From NCBI GenBank assembly GCA_963850305.1, contig CAWKKR010000009.1, positions 32,001 to 96,000 of the forward strand: a DNA stretch of 64,000 nt, given 5' to 3'. Under the pieces are notes generated by a model, which searched no databases, was not told the DNA's origin, and saw only the letters and a list, made by a program, of their open reading frames with translations. Of the stretch, positions 33,823 through 44,330 are shown piece by piece (within the stretch, counting starts at the first letter, position 1; each line of letters opens with the position of its first letter). This DNA comes from an uncultured delta proteobacterium. GTDB lineage: Bacteria; Myxococcota_A; Polyangia; Polyangiales; Polyangiaceae. The position numbers and the translations under genes are program-made.

Positions 33823-33927
33823 GATCCGCGCACCATAATCGGGCGGACCGTCTCTTGCGAAGCCTCCTTTTCGAGAACCTCCCCCTTTCTCGAGCCCCCG
33901 CTTCCGACTATGTTCCGCGCCTCTTCC

Positions 33928-34001
33928 GTCCCCATCGTCTAGCTGGACCAGGACACGGCCCTTTCAAGGCTGCGACACGGGTTCGAATCCCGTTGGGGAC
34001 G
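33928..34001 (+). tRNA. tRNA-Glu (anticodon TTC); CCA not encoded (followed by CTA)
   Basis: GTCCCCA/TGGGGAC acceptor stem, anticodon loop CTTTCAA, T-loop GGTTCGAATCC. Confidence 0.96.
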
Positions 34002-35620
34002 CTACATTAGGAAACTGGCCTTCGATGGCCAGGAACCTGCCGATGACGGCTTCACCCTCGACCTGAAAACGAGGGCCGTCGGGTGTCTGGATGCCGTGAA
34101 CGTGAGCTTGTCGGGGAACAGTTCGCGGAGGGCTTCACGAGCGTCGTCGGGGTTTCTCTCGAACACGCCTGCCAGGTCGGAGAGACGTTTCTTCGCCTCC
34201 GCCTCCATCCGGCGAAGCTCCAGGTTGATCGCCTCGGGGGCGGCCTGGGCGGCTCGTAGGCGGCTCTCAATTTGGCTGAGCCGCTCTTGTCGTTCACCGA
34301 TGGCGCGGACGAGAGGCTCGGGCTTGTCGTTTGCCGTCGCGATGGCGGTCACGAGTCGATCGATCTCGATGCGAAGCTCACGGGCTTCGTCTGCGAGCTT
34401 CGGAAGGTCGGTGGTCGTAGCAACATGACGCTCTTCGAGGCGTCGTCGGGCTTCTTGCAGAGCCAGGACGATGAACTCCTCGGTGAGCACCTTCGCCTTC
34501 AGCACCTCGATCAGCGTGGCGTTTACGTTCGCCACTGGCCTACGCAGCGTGCTCCCGCAGACCTCTGGCCCGCGCTCTTTGTGCCACGAACAGGTGTAGA
34601 CCTTGATGATCGTCTTGCCCGCCTTGCTGTTCGTGACCTTGATGGGCCCGCCGCACTGGCCGCACCGCCCGAGCTGGGAGAGCATGTACTTGGGCTTTCG
34701 GCCGGAGGGCTTGCGCTTGCCGGGCTCTTCCTCCGCCCGCGGGATGCGGGCGTGCGCCGCTTGCCAGAGTGCATCGGAGACGATTCGCAGCTCGGGTAGC
34801 TCGACCTGGATCCAGTCGCACTTCGGTCGCGGGATCCGGACCTTCGTTCCGCCCTTGTAGGTCTTCTGCGTCCGATTCCAAATGGGGCGACCGAGGTACC
34901 GCTCGTTTCGGAGCATCGAGCGGACCGCCGACTGCGACCACGAACCCGTGCCCCTCTTTCCGGCTTGGGGTGAGGGGATACGCCTCGCATTCAATGCTTT
35001 CGCGATCGTACGAAGGCCGTCTCCGCCCGCGTAGCGCTCGAAGATCTCTCGCACAATATCCGCTTGGACCTCGTTGACTACGTCCTCGGCGTGGCTGCGA
35101 CGGTCACCTTCACGAACCTCTTTGCTGCCGTACCCAAAGCACCAACCGCCGACCTTCCGTCCCTTGCGCGCCTTTGCGAGCAGATGCTCGAAGGTCCGCT
35201 GCGAGATCTTCTCCCGTTCGAGTTCGCTCGCGAAGTTCTTCGCAGCCATCAGGAACTTGTCGGTCGCGTTGTCGAGAACGACTTCACGGCCCTCGAAGTA
35301 GAACCAGAGCTGCACGCCCGCATCGAGCAGGTTAGACGATGATCAAACCCGTTCGGGATCATGTCCCCACCAACGCGCGTTTCGTCTCGCGTGACGACCA
35401 CGTCGAATTCGTGGGCTTCGGCCGCATTGATGAGCTTCAAAAGGGCCGGACGCTTCTTGAATTCGGCTCGGCTGACGGCGTCTTCGAGGTAAATATGGGA
35501 CTCGGAGAAGAGTTTCCATCCTCGCGCTTCAACGAATCGCTTGGCCTCGCCGAGTTGCACGTCGAGCGAGGACATTTGGTGCTCATCCGTGCTCCGGCGA
35601 GCGTAGATTGCAGCCCTCAT
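33964..35620 (-). pseudogene. Large serine recombinase with three apparent single-base frameshifts (~35356, ~35337, ~34095)
   Basis: AAIYARRST catalytic start, SRAEFKKRP, recombinase domain (LRNERYLG), zinc ribbon CGQCGG, coiled coil; corrected frame ends ..NVASPTGFEPVSQP*. Confidence 0.85.
33983..34003 (+). repeat. att core copy 1 (tRNA-Glu 3' end)
   Basis: TCGAATCCCGTTGGGGACGCT, identical to 41240-41260. Confidence 0.9.
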
Positions 35621-37353
35621 TTGTCCTCCGGTAGCAACGGGTGACGGAGCACATCGAGCGCCAGGAGGCGTCCAACGGCCGCGCGAACGGACGAAGCCGC
35701 GGGGTCCATCGGCCGCTCACGAAGGTGCTTGGTGGCCCGTTGTGCTTGAGCCGCCACGCGCGGAGCCCGCGGAGCATCTGGCTGCTCCGACGCGACGTTC
35801 GCCGGAGTGTGCTTGCCCCCTCTTCGAGGGGCCGCGCGCAAGACTGAAGGAACGCAACGGGGTAGGGTTCGCCCCCCGGTCGGACGAGGGCACCAGCCAG
35901 AGTACTGGTCGAGCGTGGGAAGCGAGGTACACGTTGGGCTTCGTCGTCGTGCGTGTCACCTCTTGGCGGTATCACGAGCGCACCGGGAGGAGCGAGCTCG
36001 CGTGCACGAACGCTACACGCTCGTTTCTGTCGTAGTTTTGATCGGAGACGCTGCGAGTTGCTACTCGGATGGAATGCGCGATACCCTCGCCGAACGCGCT
36101 CGAGATCTGCTTCTCGCGAGAGAACTTCCCGCGGGACGTACGTGTGAGATCGCTACCGCCGTTACGCTCGTTGCGGCGGCTGATCTAGGCGTCGCTCCTC
36201 GGGGAACTGCCGTGGCGCTCTGGAGGTTCATCGGGGAGCAGCCCGAAAGTGAGTGGGCTAGAAAAGCGGCGGACACCATCGGGAAGCTCCCGTTCGACGC
36301 AAACATCGACAACGAAACGGTGAACGTCGTGCGCATGAGGGACACGCCCGCGGAGCTGGTTCGAGCAGGCCGTTCAGGTCCTCGGTGGCCCGAGCTACGC
36401 CCCGAGGGTCACGTCCGAAATGATTCTCGGGGGCGGCCGAGCGCGGCATCAATCACTACGCCTGCTTCTTGGTGACGGAACTTGTGGGTGCTGCCCACCG
36501 TTGCGGCGGGATCCCCACCGTCGTCATCACCGCCATCATGCACGGCTGGTCCAACGGGAACGACGCTCGTCGTGAGCGGGCTCCGGATCTCGCCATGCTC
36601 TTGCCGGTCACCGAAACGAAGTGGCTCACCAAGATGCTCACCGACACCAGCAGCACCGTTAGAAGGAACATGGCCCGGGTGCTGGCGCATCTATCGGAGG
36701 CCGAGAACCTGCTCGATCTCATCGACGAGCGCCTTGGAGTCGAGACGCACCGGGCCGTCACGGCGGCGCTGTTGGCAGCGAAGGCCGAGATCATGAGAGC
36801 GGATGAGATCGTCGTTCACCTTGGTAACCCGCAGAACCGGGCGTTTATAGGATCGAGTCGTCCACCGTCGCCGCGAACCCGAGGCCCAATGGAACTGCGG
36901 AGAAGAGCTTTCGGTGAGCGGCGGAAATGCCGTATCCCCCTGGCCTGCTCAAACGGGGTCAAGGGCCCCGGCCACATACGAGAATTTTTCCCGGTGGCTT
37001 CTCTTGGCCAAGCACGGGAAATCCTCGTGACTCCCGACGAGTCGTTCCACAACGCACCAAAAGCCCCCGGGGCGAGTCTGGAACACGACGACGGGCCATC
37101 GGGTCGTCCCCTTCGTCCCGCGCTTCCTGGCCCGTCCTGGACGGTTCTCTCGGGCTGCCGTCGTTCGACGGTGTGTGGGGCGACTAGGGCCCTGACGAGT
37201 TCCTTCGGCGGGGGCCCTCTGCCCGATGGTAGGGCGACGCTTCAAGCCGACAATCACGGCACAGACATGGGCGTTCGTCCGAGGGATCGTTTTTGCCGTC
37301 GGCCCGGGACGCGACGGCGCGCCTCCGTCCACGACAAGGAAGTGTCCCCGGAG

Positions 37354-37608
37354 CTACTTCTTCCGGCCCACGGACGGTCCGAAGTTGACCGTTAGCTCAA
37401 GGCCGAGGCCTGCGGATACCCGCATGAGAGTATCCACCGTCACGTTCAGTTTTCCCTGTTCGATGCGGGCGTAGTTCGTCGGCAGCATGCCGACCCGCTC
37501 CGCCATCACCCGCCGCGATAGTCCAGCACGTCGGCGTGCGAGGCGGATCCTCTCGCCCAATTCAACGAGCGTCGCCCGAGTTCGCGGGCTGATCTTCGCG
37601 GAAGCCAC
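37354..37608 (-). CDS. XRE-family HTH regulator
   Basis: LGERIRLARRRAGLS..AERVG..YARIEQGKLNVTVDTL. Confidence 0.85.
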   Translation of the reverse strand: MASAKISPRTRATLVELGERIRLARRRAGLSRRVMAERVGMLPTNYARIEQGKLNVTVDTLMRVSAGLGLELTVNFGPSVGRKK

Positions 37609-37705
37609 GCCGCCACGTGACTCCCTTGCGTCCCATCGCCGGAAGGACTCATATAAGACTGCTACTCCTATACGACTCCACCTTCGCGGCCTCGGGGAGG
37701 CTCAA

Positions 37706-39172
37706 ATGAACTCGACCTGGATTGGACGGCAGTTCCTCTCTTCGTTTCGGACCGCGGCGTCATCGGCCTTCTTGCTCTGCCTGCTCGTCGGGTGCGGCGG
37801 TGCTCAACCCGCGCCACCGCCCAAGTGGACGACGTGGGTCGAAGAGGACAATCGGTGCTCCGCCGACATCGCCGGTTGCGTGAGCCGATGCGACGCCGAG
37901 GAGGCTGTGAAGCCGGGGGCGGGTGGAGCGGGGGAAACGCCGACGTGCGACCTCCTCCTGGTCAACTGGATCGGCGGGAACGTGGACCCGACAAGCTGGG
38001 ATGTCACTGGGAACGCCGCGTACTCGACTTGGCGGGCCCATCACGGCCTTCCGGATCGCGTTGACCAGGCTCCGGGTCGGCTTGAGCTGTTGCGGGAACG
38101 CGCCCACGGAATCTGCAAGCGCGGAGAGGCGCGGGGGTGCCAAGCCGAAGAAGCCGTTTCCGCGAGGATGAACAGCACCCCCTCCAGGACGGACACGGCA
38201 TCCACGAACGAACAGGCCGTGGAGATCATCCGTCGGGCCGCGAAGGCGAAGGACCGGGCCAACGCGGCCGTCTCGCTCGACGGCACCGACGACGCGAACA
38301 ACATCAAGGACGACTTGGCATCGTGCACTCGGAGCAGAACCGCGTGCGTCAATGCAGCCGAAGCCGAACAACGCTCTCTTGTTGGGGCATACGCGGGCCT
38401 CGCGGTGTACCTCGCGAACCTCGTACCCGACGAGCGGAACTACTCGCACGACCCGATGGCGAACCCGGCCCGCGTCGTCGCGATGGAACCGAACATCGCC
38501 CGGGCCGAGAAGCTTGCTGAGCAAGCCGAGCAGGAGGCCGAGAAGGCGGCGGCTTCGAAGCACGAAGCGTCGAGGGCGGTAGACGCCGAGGCCGACGTGA
38601 TGCTCGAAGCGAAGCACGCATGCGACACCGATGCCGCCGTCTGCAAGCACCGATGTGACGGTGGCAATCAACCATACTGCGTTCAACTTGGGGTCCGCGC
38701 GTGGAAAGCCGCGCCCCCACGTCTCTCGGAAGCGAAGGCGGTTCTTGAGAAGGCGTGTAGCTCGCATGTTCAGACGGCGTGCGCTCTGATGGAGCCCCTC
38801 GCGAAGGACATTCAGAGATTCGACGCGAAGACGGACGAGTTGTGGGGGCTCGTGACGGACCACGTGGACGACATCGCTCGAAAGCGAAACTTGGTCGCGC
38901 TGGCACGAAGGCGGGCTGCCCCGACGGCGGTGAACGTCGGCGGCTTCATGAGGGCCGACTCCGACCTTGCGGCGTACACCCTCACGACGTACTGCCCCGC
39001 CGCGAACGACTTCCTTGCCCACGCGGGTGTCGCCGAATTCCGCCGACGAGCCAAGCTCAAGTGCACCGATGACCAAGCTCCGACGGGCACGGGCGGGAAC
39101 AACGACGAGGTCTTCCTCACGAGCCAGTGCCGCGCGGTCCTAGCTACGTCGTGCCCCGCACCCCCAAAGTGA
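37706..39172 (+). CDS. Cys-rich helical lipoprotein of unknown function
   Basis: GGAGG RBS, LLVGC lipobox, Sel1-like C-x-L-G..A..LEKAC..AC segment. Confidence 0.7.
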   Translation: MNSTWIGRQFLSSFRTAASSAFLLCLLVGCGGAQPAPPPKWTTWVEEDNRCSADIAGCVSRCDAEEAVKPGAGGAGETPTCDLLLVNWIGGNVDPTSWDVTGNAAYSTWRAHHGLPDRVDQAPGRLELLRERAHGICKRGEARGCQAEEAVSARMNSTPSRTDTASTNEQAVEIIRRAAKAKDRANAAVSLDGTDDANNIKDDLASCTRSRTACVNAAEAEQRSLVGAYAGLAVYLANLVPDERNYSHDPMANPARVVAMEPNIARAEKLAEQAEQEAEKAAASKHEASRAVDAEADVMLEAKHACDTDAAVCKHRCDGGNQPYCVQLGVRAWKAAPPRLSEAKAVLEKACSSHVQTACALMEPLAKDIQRFDAKTDELWGLVTDHVDDIARKRNLVALARRRAAPTAVNVGGFMRADSDLAAYTLTTYCPAANDFLAHAGVAEFRRRAKLKCTDDQAPTGTGGNNDEVFLTSQCRAVLATSCPAPPK

Positions 39173-39691
39173 ACGGGGTGCGCTCGTTCGCCTGAAGGTT
39201 CGGCCGCAACGTCTGTAGACGAAGAACGGGGGCGTTTTCTATTTCGGTTCGGTCGAGTGCGTTCCGGACAGCACGGGCCGTCCCCACCCCCCAGGCCGAG
39301 CCCGTAGTCGTGGGCTCCGCTCCCGAGGCCGACCCCTCCTCACTGCGTGTGCCGCGGGAGCGTGTGCGACGCGGTGGCGACCGCAACGAATCTCGCTCCG
39401 CCGAGTAGGACTTGGACACCCCCTCGGCCCGATGCAGCGCGCGTCGGTCGCTGACCGCGTAGCGTGCGGAAGGCACAAATGGCGGTCATGGACCCAAAGA
39501 ATCTCGCGAATACCATGGGTTGCGCCTTCGCGGAACGTACTTTCCGGCCACCGTGGGCAGGTGATACGTTCACCGTCATGCTGAGTTCGGGGCGTTCGGA
39601 GTGATTTAGCGGGCAACGTGCACCGACCGTGAGCGTCGAGTCGAAGCTCTTCGGAAGCGCTCAATTACGAATTTCGGGGTCACAACTGTAA

Positions 39692-39870
39692 ATGGACATA
39701 CCGCCGGTCCTGCTCGACCACGTGCGCCAAGGTCAAGTCGTCTTGTTTCTCGGTGCTGGCGCGACGCGCGGTGCCGTCCACCCGACCGCCGGGCCTCCTC
39801 CAGATGGTCAGAAGCTCGCGGACCTCCTTGCAGCGCGCTTTCTTCCGCCCAAGTATTCCGGCCAGCATCC
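39692..39870 (+). pseudogene. N-terminal fragment of a SIR2-like domain protein
   Basis: LLDHVRQGQVVLFLGAGAT..PPDGQKLADLL; sequence switches to IS-derived DNA afterwards. Confidence 0.65.
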
Positions 39871-39879
39871 GCGTCGAGA

Positions 39880-40377
39880 AAGCCGCGAGCACGCGCCGAG
39901 CTCGCGATCGATGGGAAGGTCGGTGCAGCGGCGACCTCCGATTGGACGACCCACGGGTCGTACGAACGCGACCTTGCCGAACCGCGTGCCGATCTCGCTC
40001 CGACGCCGCGTGTCCGTGTCGAGCGCGAATCGCCCGCCGTCATGCTCGTAGGTCGATGGTTGCGGACGGGCAGCGTATCGCACGAGAAACAGGGCCATTA
40101 CCGCACGCCCGAGATGAAGCAGCGCTGTCCAGAGTTCTCGCTCGACAGCAGAAAGCGTCGTCGCGTCCTTCGTTTCCGCGCATCTACGAACTCGCTCGCT
40201 CGCGCTCTGGACATCCCGTTCGGCGCGCTCGATAGTCGTCGCCATGGGGCTCCTTCCGGTTGGTGTTCTTGTTTTAGCAACCGGATATCTGCCGCGAATG
40301 AGCCCCTCCTTTCAACCTACGCGTCGTAACCGATCGATCTCGCTTTGTTTTTCGTCAGCAGATCGGGAACTGCACCC
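39880..40377 (-). mobile_element. Truncated ISKra4-like element (left end and transposase N-terminus)
   Basis: Minus-strand end GGGTGCAGTTCCCGATCTG at 40377; ORF from 40245 with VERELWTALLHLGR..IGTRFGKV..PIDRELG. Confidence 0.65.
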
Positions 40378-41066
40378 ACCAAAGTTCTATCCGACGTGCT
40401 CGAAGCGAGCGAAGACAGCCTGTTCCCCCTCCAGGGTGCGCTTGGGTACGAGATTCATCAAACGCTCTTCGTCGGACCGAACTCCCTCATCGTCGAAGGC
40501 GTCTCCGACCTCCTCTACATCCAGGTTGTGTCGGGTGCCCTGCGGAAGCAGGGTCGTTCCGGGCTCGACGAGCGCTGGACGATCACGCCCGTGGGAGGCT
40601 CGACGAAGGTTCCGACGTTCGTTTCGCTGCTGGGTTCCCAACGGAACATGAAGCTTGCCACGCTTATCGACATCCAGAAGCGGGACGTCCAGACCATCGA
40701 GAACCTTCACAAGCGGAAGCTCCTGGAGAAGAAGCATGTGCTCACATTCGCGAACTTCACCGGCACTCAGGAAGCGGACATCGAGGACATGTTCGACGAA
40801 GAGTTCTACTTGACCCTCGTGAACGGAAGAGTTCTCGAAGTCCCTCCAGACGAAGCTCGCCCCGAGCTCGTTCAAGAGCCAGGCTCCCCGAATCCTCGTC
40901 CGCCTCAAGGATCACTTCGAGGCGAACCCCATGAAAGACGGGGCACGATTCGACCACTACCAGGCCGGCACGCTATCTGACCGAGCACATCGGTGATGTC
41001 GCGATACCCGAAGCCACGCTCGGCCGCTTTGAGGCGGCGTTTGGTGCCCTCAACAAGCTCCTGTAA
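40378..41066 (+). pseudogene. C-terminal TOPRIM part of an OLD-family ATP-dependent nuclease, 5'-truncated, frameshift near 40826
   Basis: LFPLQGALGY..LFVGPNSLIVEGVSD, ITPVGG, ADIEDMF, then FDHYRPARY..LNKLL* in the shifted frame. Confidence 0.75.
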
Positions 41067-41142
41067 GGAGGTGGCCGGGTTCCTCAAGTCTGCGATGGCA
41101 GGGCGAACCCCGGGAGCTCCTGGCCCCGATTGCCGGGCTGCC

Positions 41143-42603
41143 CTACGCCACGTACCTCACGGGGAAGGACAGAAGGAAGCCGGCCCGGGAAGGGGCGGAC
41201 GGCGGGTTTTCTGCGGGAAATCCCGGGTTTCCCAACGTATCGAATCCCGTTGGGGACGCTGACAATGCCTTATTTGTGACTGAATTACGAGATGAAATAG
41301 CGCCCGGGGCGATTCGGGGCGATTCGTCCCCGACTAGGTCGGAGGGCAACGGAGGAAGCGGGGCGCCGATGCGGCGAGCCTCCACGCGCCCGCGGTCGAT
41401 GTAGCCCTGCGTAGTCTTGAAATCGCTGTGCCCGCCTGCCCATTGGATCGCGATCGGTGCATCGCCTCTCACGGCCATGTGTGTCAGGCCCGTGTCGCGT
41501 AGATCGTGGAAGAGGATCGAGCGGCGCAGCGGGTCGCCCTCGATGTGGAGCGCTTTGCGTGTGACCCCCACGTGAACGAGATCCCGGCGGAGCTGCTCCG
41601 CGCGGTCCTCAGGCCGCGGCATATGAAGCAAGCGGCTCTTCTTCCCTGCGGGGTGCGCGACGAGATGCTCAAGTAGCGGACGAAGATGCGGCTCGACATC
41701 GATCACCCGTACGCGCTTGGTCTTCGTTGCCTTCGTCTTTGCTCGACCCTTGCTCTTGCGATCCGACTGCTTGTCGATGGTGATGGTGCCGTGTGCCAGA
41801 TCGATATCGCTGGCCGTGAGCGCTTCGAGTTCCGACGCACGCGCCTTCGTGTAAGCGGCCATCGCGTAGCACTGGCGCCGATACAGCGGAACCGGGGGCG
41901 CGTCGGGGTCGACGGGAATGCCCCGAAGCAAGGCGAGTAACTCATCGCTGTACAAGATCTGGCCTTCGCGCTCTTCGCCGCTATCGGGGCCACGCACATC
42001 CCGCCAAGGGTTGGCCGTGAGGACGCGAAGCGATGCATCCTTGGATCGCACGGCCTCGTCGAGAGCGTGCATCGCGTCGCCCCACACGTTCCTTGCGGTC
42101 GAGGGCGATAGCCTCCCTTCTCCGGGGCCTTTCTTGGCGAACTCTGCGACTGCTCGATCGAGTCGCGTAACGATTCGCTCCCCGTCCTCGATGGAGAGAG
42201 AGCCGTCACGCATCGTCTTCTGCTCGATGCCGGGAAGGATCCAGTTGCGGGCGCGCCCGCGCATGTCGCCCACGGTCGCGAGGCCCTTCGCCTCCTTCGC
42301 GGCGTGCAGACGAGCGAACCACTTCCCAACCGTCTCGCCCTCGCCGCCGTTGTTCACGCTTGCCGCGCGAACCTTCGGCGCCATTCTCGCGGCGCACGCC
42401 TTCGCTCCGGCCTCGTCGTCGAGCGAGATGCGGCCCGGCAGCGGTAGCCACTCGGAGCGCGTTCCGTCGGCCCTTGTCCACCTGCCGTGCCATACCGGCT
42501 TGCCGTCCTCACCGTTCAGGATGCGGACGGTACCTGTTGCCGTGCGGCCCACGGCTACCACCCTCCTGGCGCGTGACGTATTGTTTCTCTCATCGGAACT
42601 CAA
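41143..42603 (-). CDS. Tyrosine recombinase/integrase of element 2
   Basis: KARASEL (R), FHDLRDTG (HxxR), GGHSDFKTTQGY (H..Y); frame reads through the att core. Confidence 0.92.
   Translation of the reverse strand: MSSDERNNTSRARRVVAVGRTATGTVRILNGEDGKPVWHGRWTRADGTRSEWLPLPGRISLDDEAGAKACAARMAPKVRAASVNNGGEGETVGKWFARLHAAKEAKGLATVGDMRGRARNWILPGIEQKTMRDGSLSIEDGERIVTRLDRAVAEFAKKGPGEGRLSPSTARNVWGDAMHALDEAVRSKDASLRVLTANPWRDVRGPDSGEEREGQILYSDELLALLRGIPVDPDAPPVPLYRRQCYAMAAYTKARASELEALTASDIDLAHGTITIDKQSDRKSKGRAKTKATKTKRVRVIDVEPHLRPLLEHLVAHPAGKKSRLLHMPRPEDRAEQLRRDLVHVGVTRKALHIEGDPLRRSILFHDLRDTGLTHMAVRGDAPIAIQWAGGHSDFKTTQGYIDRGRVEARRIGAPLPPLPSDLVGDESPRIAPGAISSRNSVTNKALSASPTGFDTLGNPGFPAENPPSAPSRAGFLLSFPVRYVA
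41240..41260 (+). repeat. att core copy 2
   Basis: TCGAATCCCGTTGGGGACGCT. Confidence 0.9.
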
Positions 42604-42626
42604 CTCCGGTCACGGCCCTCGGCGCG

Positions 42627-43277
42627 TTACGACCGCGCGCGGGGGCCTTCTAATTCGTCTGCAAGGCTACACCAGCGCGAAGCCGCCCGCACTCCGCGCC
42701 TCGCTGGACGCCAGCCCCGCGCCGCGGCGAGCTGCCGCCGGAAGACGACGAGCGTCAGCACGAAACCCGTGACGAAGCCGCCGATGTGCGCGGCCGTCGC
42801 GACATCGCCGCCAGTTCCCGTGACCGTGTGCCAGATGTTGAGCGCCGCGAAGGCCGCGACGAACCCGAGCAGGCGCGGGTAGAGCATCGCGGCGGCCGCC
42901 ATGACGGCGAAGATCGATCCCGACGCGCCGACCTCGGGCACGAGGGATCCCGGATTCGCGAGCATGTGAAACGCAGCCGCGCCGACACCCCCGAGTGTGA
43001 ACAGCACGACGAAGCGCACGTGCCCGATGGAGCGCTCGACGAGCGCCCCGAAGAACGCCAAGGCGAGCACGTTGCCGCCCACGTGCCAGAGGTTGCTCGC
43101 GTCGTGGAGGAACAGCGAGCTGAACGCCGTGCCGAGGCTCGGGTGCTCCGGCACGAAGCCGAAACGCTGGCAGAGCCCCATGCCCTCGCCCCGGAGTTCG
43201 ACAGCGAAAACCCCGAGGATCGCGGCCGTGAGCGCGACGGTCACGACCGGGAGCGGGGCTCGGGCGTGGCGGTTCAT
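42627..43277 (-). CDS. Rhomboid intramembrane serine protease
   Basis: SLFLH..HVGGN, GASG catalytic Ser, AHIGG catalytic His. Confidence 0.9.
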   Translation of the reverse strand: MNRHARAPLPVVTVALTAAILGVFAVELRGEGMGLCQRFGFVPEHPSLGTAFSSLFLHDASNLWHVGGNVLALAFFGALVERSIGHVRFVVLFTLGGVGAAAFHMLANPGSLVPEVGASGSIFAVMAAAAMLYPRLLGFVAAFAALNIWHTVTGTGGDVATAAHIGGFVTGFVLTLVVFRRQLAAARGWRPARRGVRAASRWCSLADELEGPRARS

Positions 43278-43325
43278 GGGCTTTCGGTCATACGTCGTCG
43301 GCCGAGCGTCCTTCCTTAGCCGGGC

Positions 43326-44330
43326 TCAGACGCTCCCCCGCGTGCCAGCGGAGTCCGGTGGCGGCGCCGTGGCCGGATATTGTCGGTCGTCGGCGGCTCG
43401 CGCCGCCGAATATCCGGCCACGCGATCCTTGAGCTCCGCCAGCGAGTGCCCGGCGGCGAGATAGTCGTCTAGCCCCATGTTCGACGGCAGGACAGCGACG
43501 CGCACGTTCGCCCCAAGCTCCGTCAGAAACTCCCAGAGCTTGCGCTCCTGCTCGCGCACTTCGTCATTCGTGCTCGCGTCGCCGTCGAAGGCAATGACAA
43601 CGTCTCGCCCTCCTACGCCGATGTAGTTCCACTCTTCACGGACGAACGAGATCATGCGGACACCTTGCACCGCCACACAGGCCCAGCCGAGCGAGACCGC
43701 CGCATCGGCCTTCCTGGGGCTTTCGCTCACGTACAAAGTGCAGTCGTGGTCGAGCACACGCGTGCGAGCGTACGGCGATACATCGACCACCGCGACTGCC
43801 CCGCGCTCGTTGCGGTAGCGATCTCGCCGTTTCCTGGGGTTGTCGACGCGAACCTGGGCCCAGATTTTATTGCCTTGTGGGTTCCAGATCGGGATCACGA
43901 GCCCATCGGGACCGGAGGCGTAACCGCGCATCCTTGCGACCTCCGGTGAGACTCCGCTCCGATGCAGCAGCGCACAGTGTTCGGGGCTCATGCGTCCGTA
44001 GGCGAAGACGTACGCCGGGATCGGTTCACGAGCGAGATACTCCTGCAACGTTGTCCGTGGCACCCCCGCATGGCGAGCAGCTGCGCGCACGTTGCCGCGA
44101 GTTTCTTGCATGGCGACGATGACGCTATCGCGATTGAGCCCGCGCCTAGGTCTGCCGCGCCTACGAGCCCGTTTCTTCTCCGGTGGCGCAGGCAGCTTCA
44201 GATCGCTGGGAGACGTGATGCCGAGCAGGGTAGATAGTTCGTGCGGCCTCAGGCCGAGGCAGTGACGCAGCGCGCTCAGACACCGCCGGTGGTTTTCGAT
44301 CCACCACGCTCGCAACTCGTCGTCGATCAC
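43326..44330 (-). CDS. Fis-like HTH plus DUF3854/Toprim-like protein (element replication/primase-like)
   Basis: ETRGNVRAAARHAGVPRTTL HTH; GLVIPIW, LYVSESPRKADA, GRDVVIAFDGD..N..V, GLDDYLAA. Confidence 0.75.
   Translation of the reverse strand: MIDDELRAWWIENHRRCLSALRHCLGLRPHELSTLLGITSPSDLKLPAPPEKKRARRRGRPRRGLNRDSVIVAMQETRGNVRAAARHAGVPRTTLQEYLAREPIPAYVFAYGRMSPEHCALLHRSGVSPEVARMRGYASGPDGLVIPIWNPQGNKIWAQVRVDNPRKRRDRYRNERGAVAVVDVSPYARTRVLDHDCTLYVSESPRKADAAVSLGWACVAVQGVRMISFVREEWNYIGVGGRDVVIAFDGDASTNDEVREQERKLWEFLTELGANVRVAVLPSNMGLDDYLAAGHSLAELKDRVAGYSAARAADDRQYPATAPPPDSAGTRGSV

Larger units (their letters stand above)
33983..41260. mobile_element. Integrative element 1 (~7.3 kb, large serine recombinase) at tRNA-Glu
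   Basis: Bounded by 21-bp direct repeats; recombinase adjacent to the tRNA. Confidence 0.85.

Noticed and set aside
35640..37340. Several short ORFs in element 1 (e.g. 35807-36475, 36469-37395)
   Set aside because: Parts may be coding, but no motif or clear start and stop support could be established
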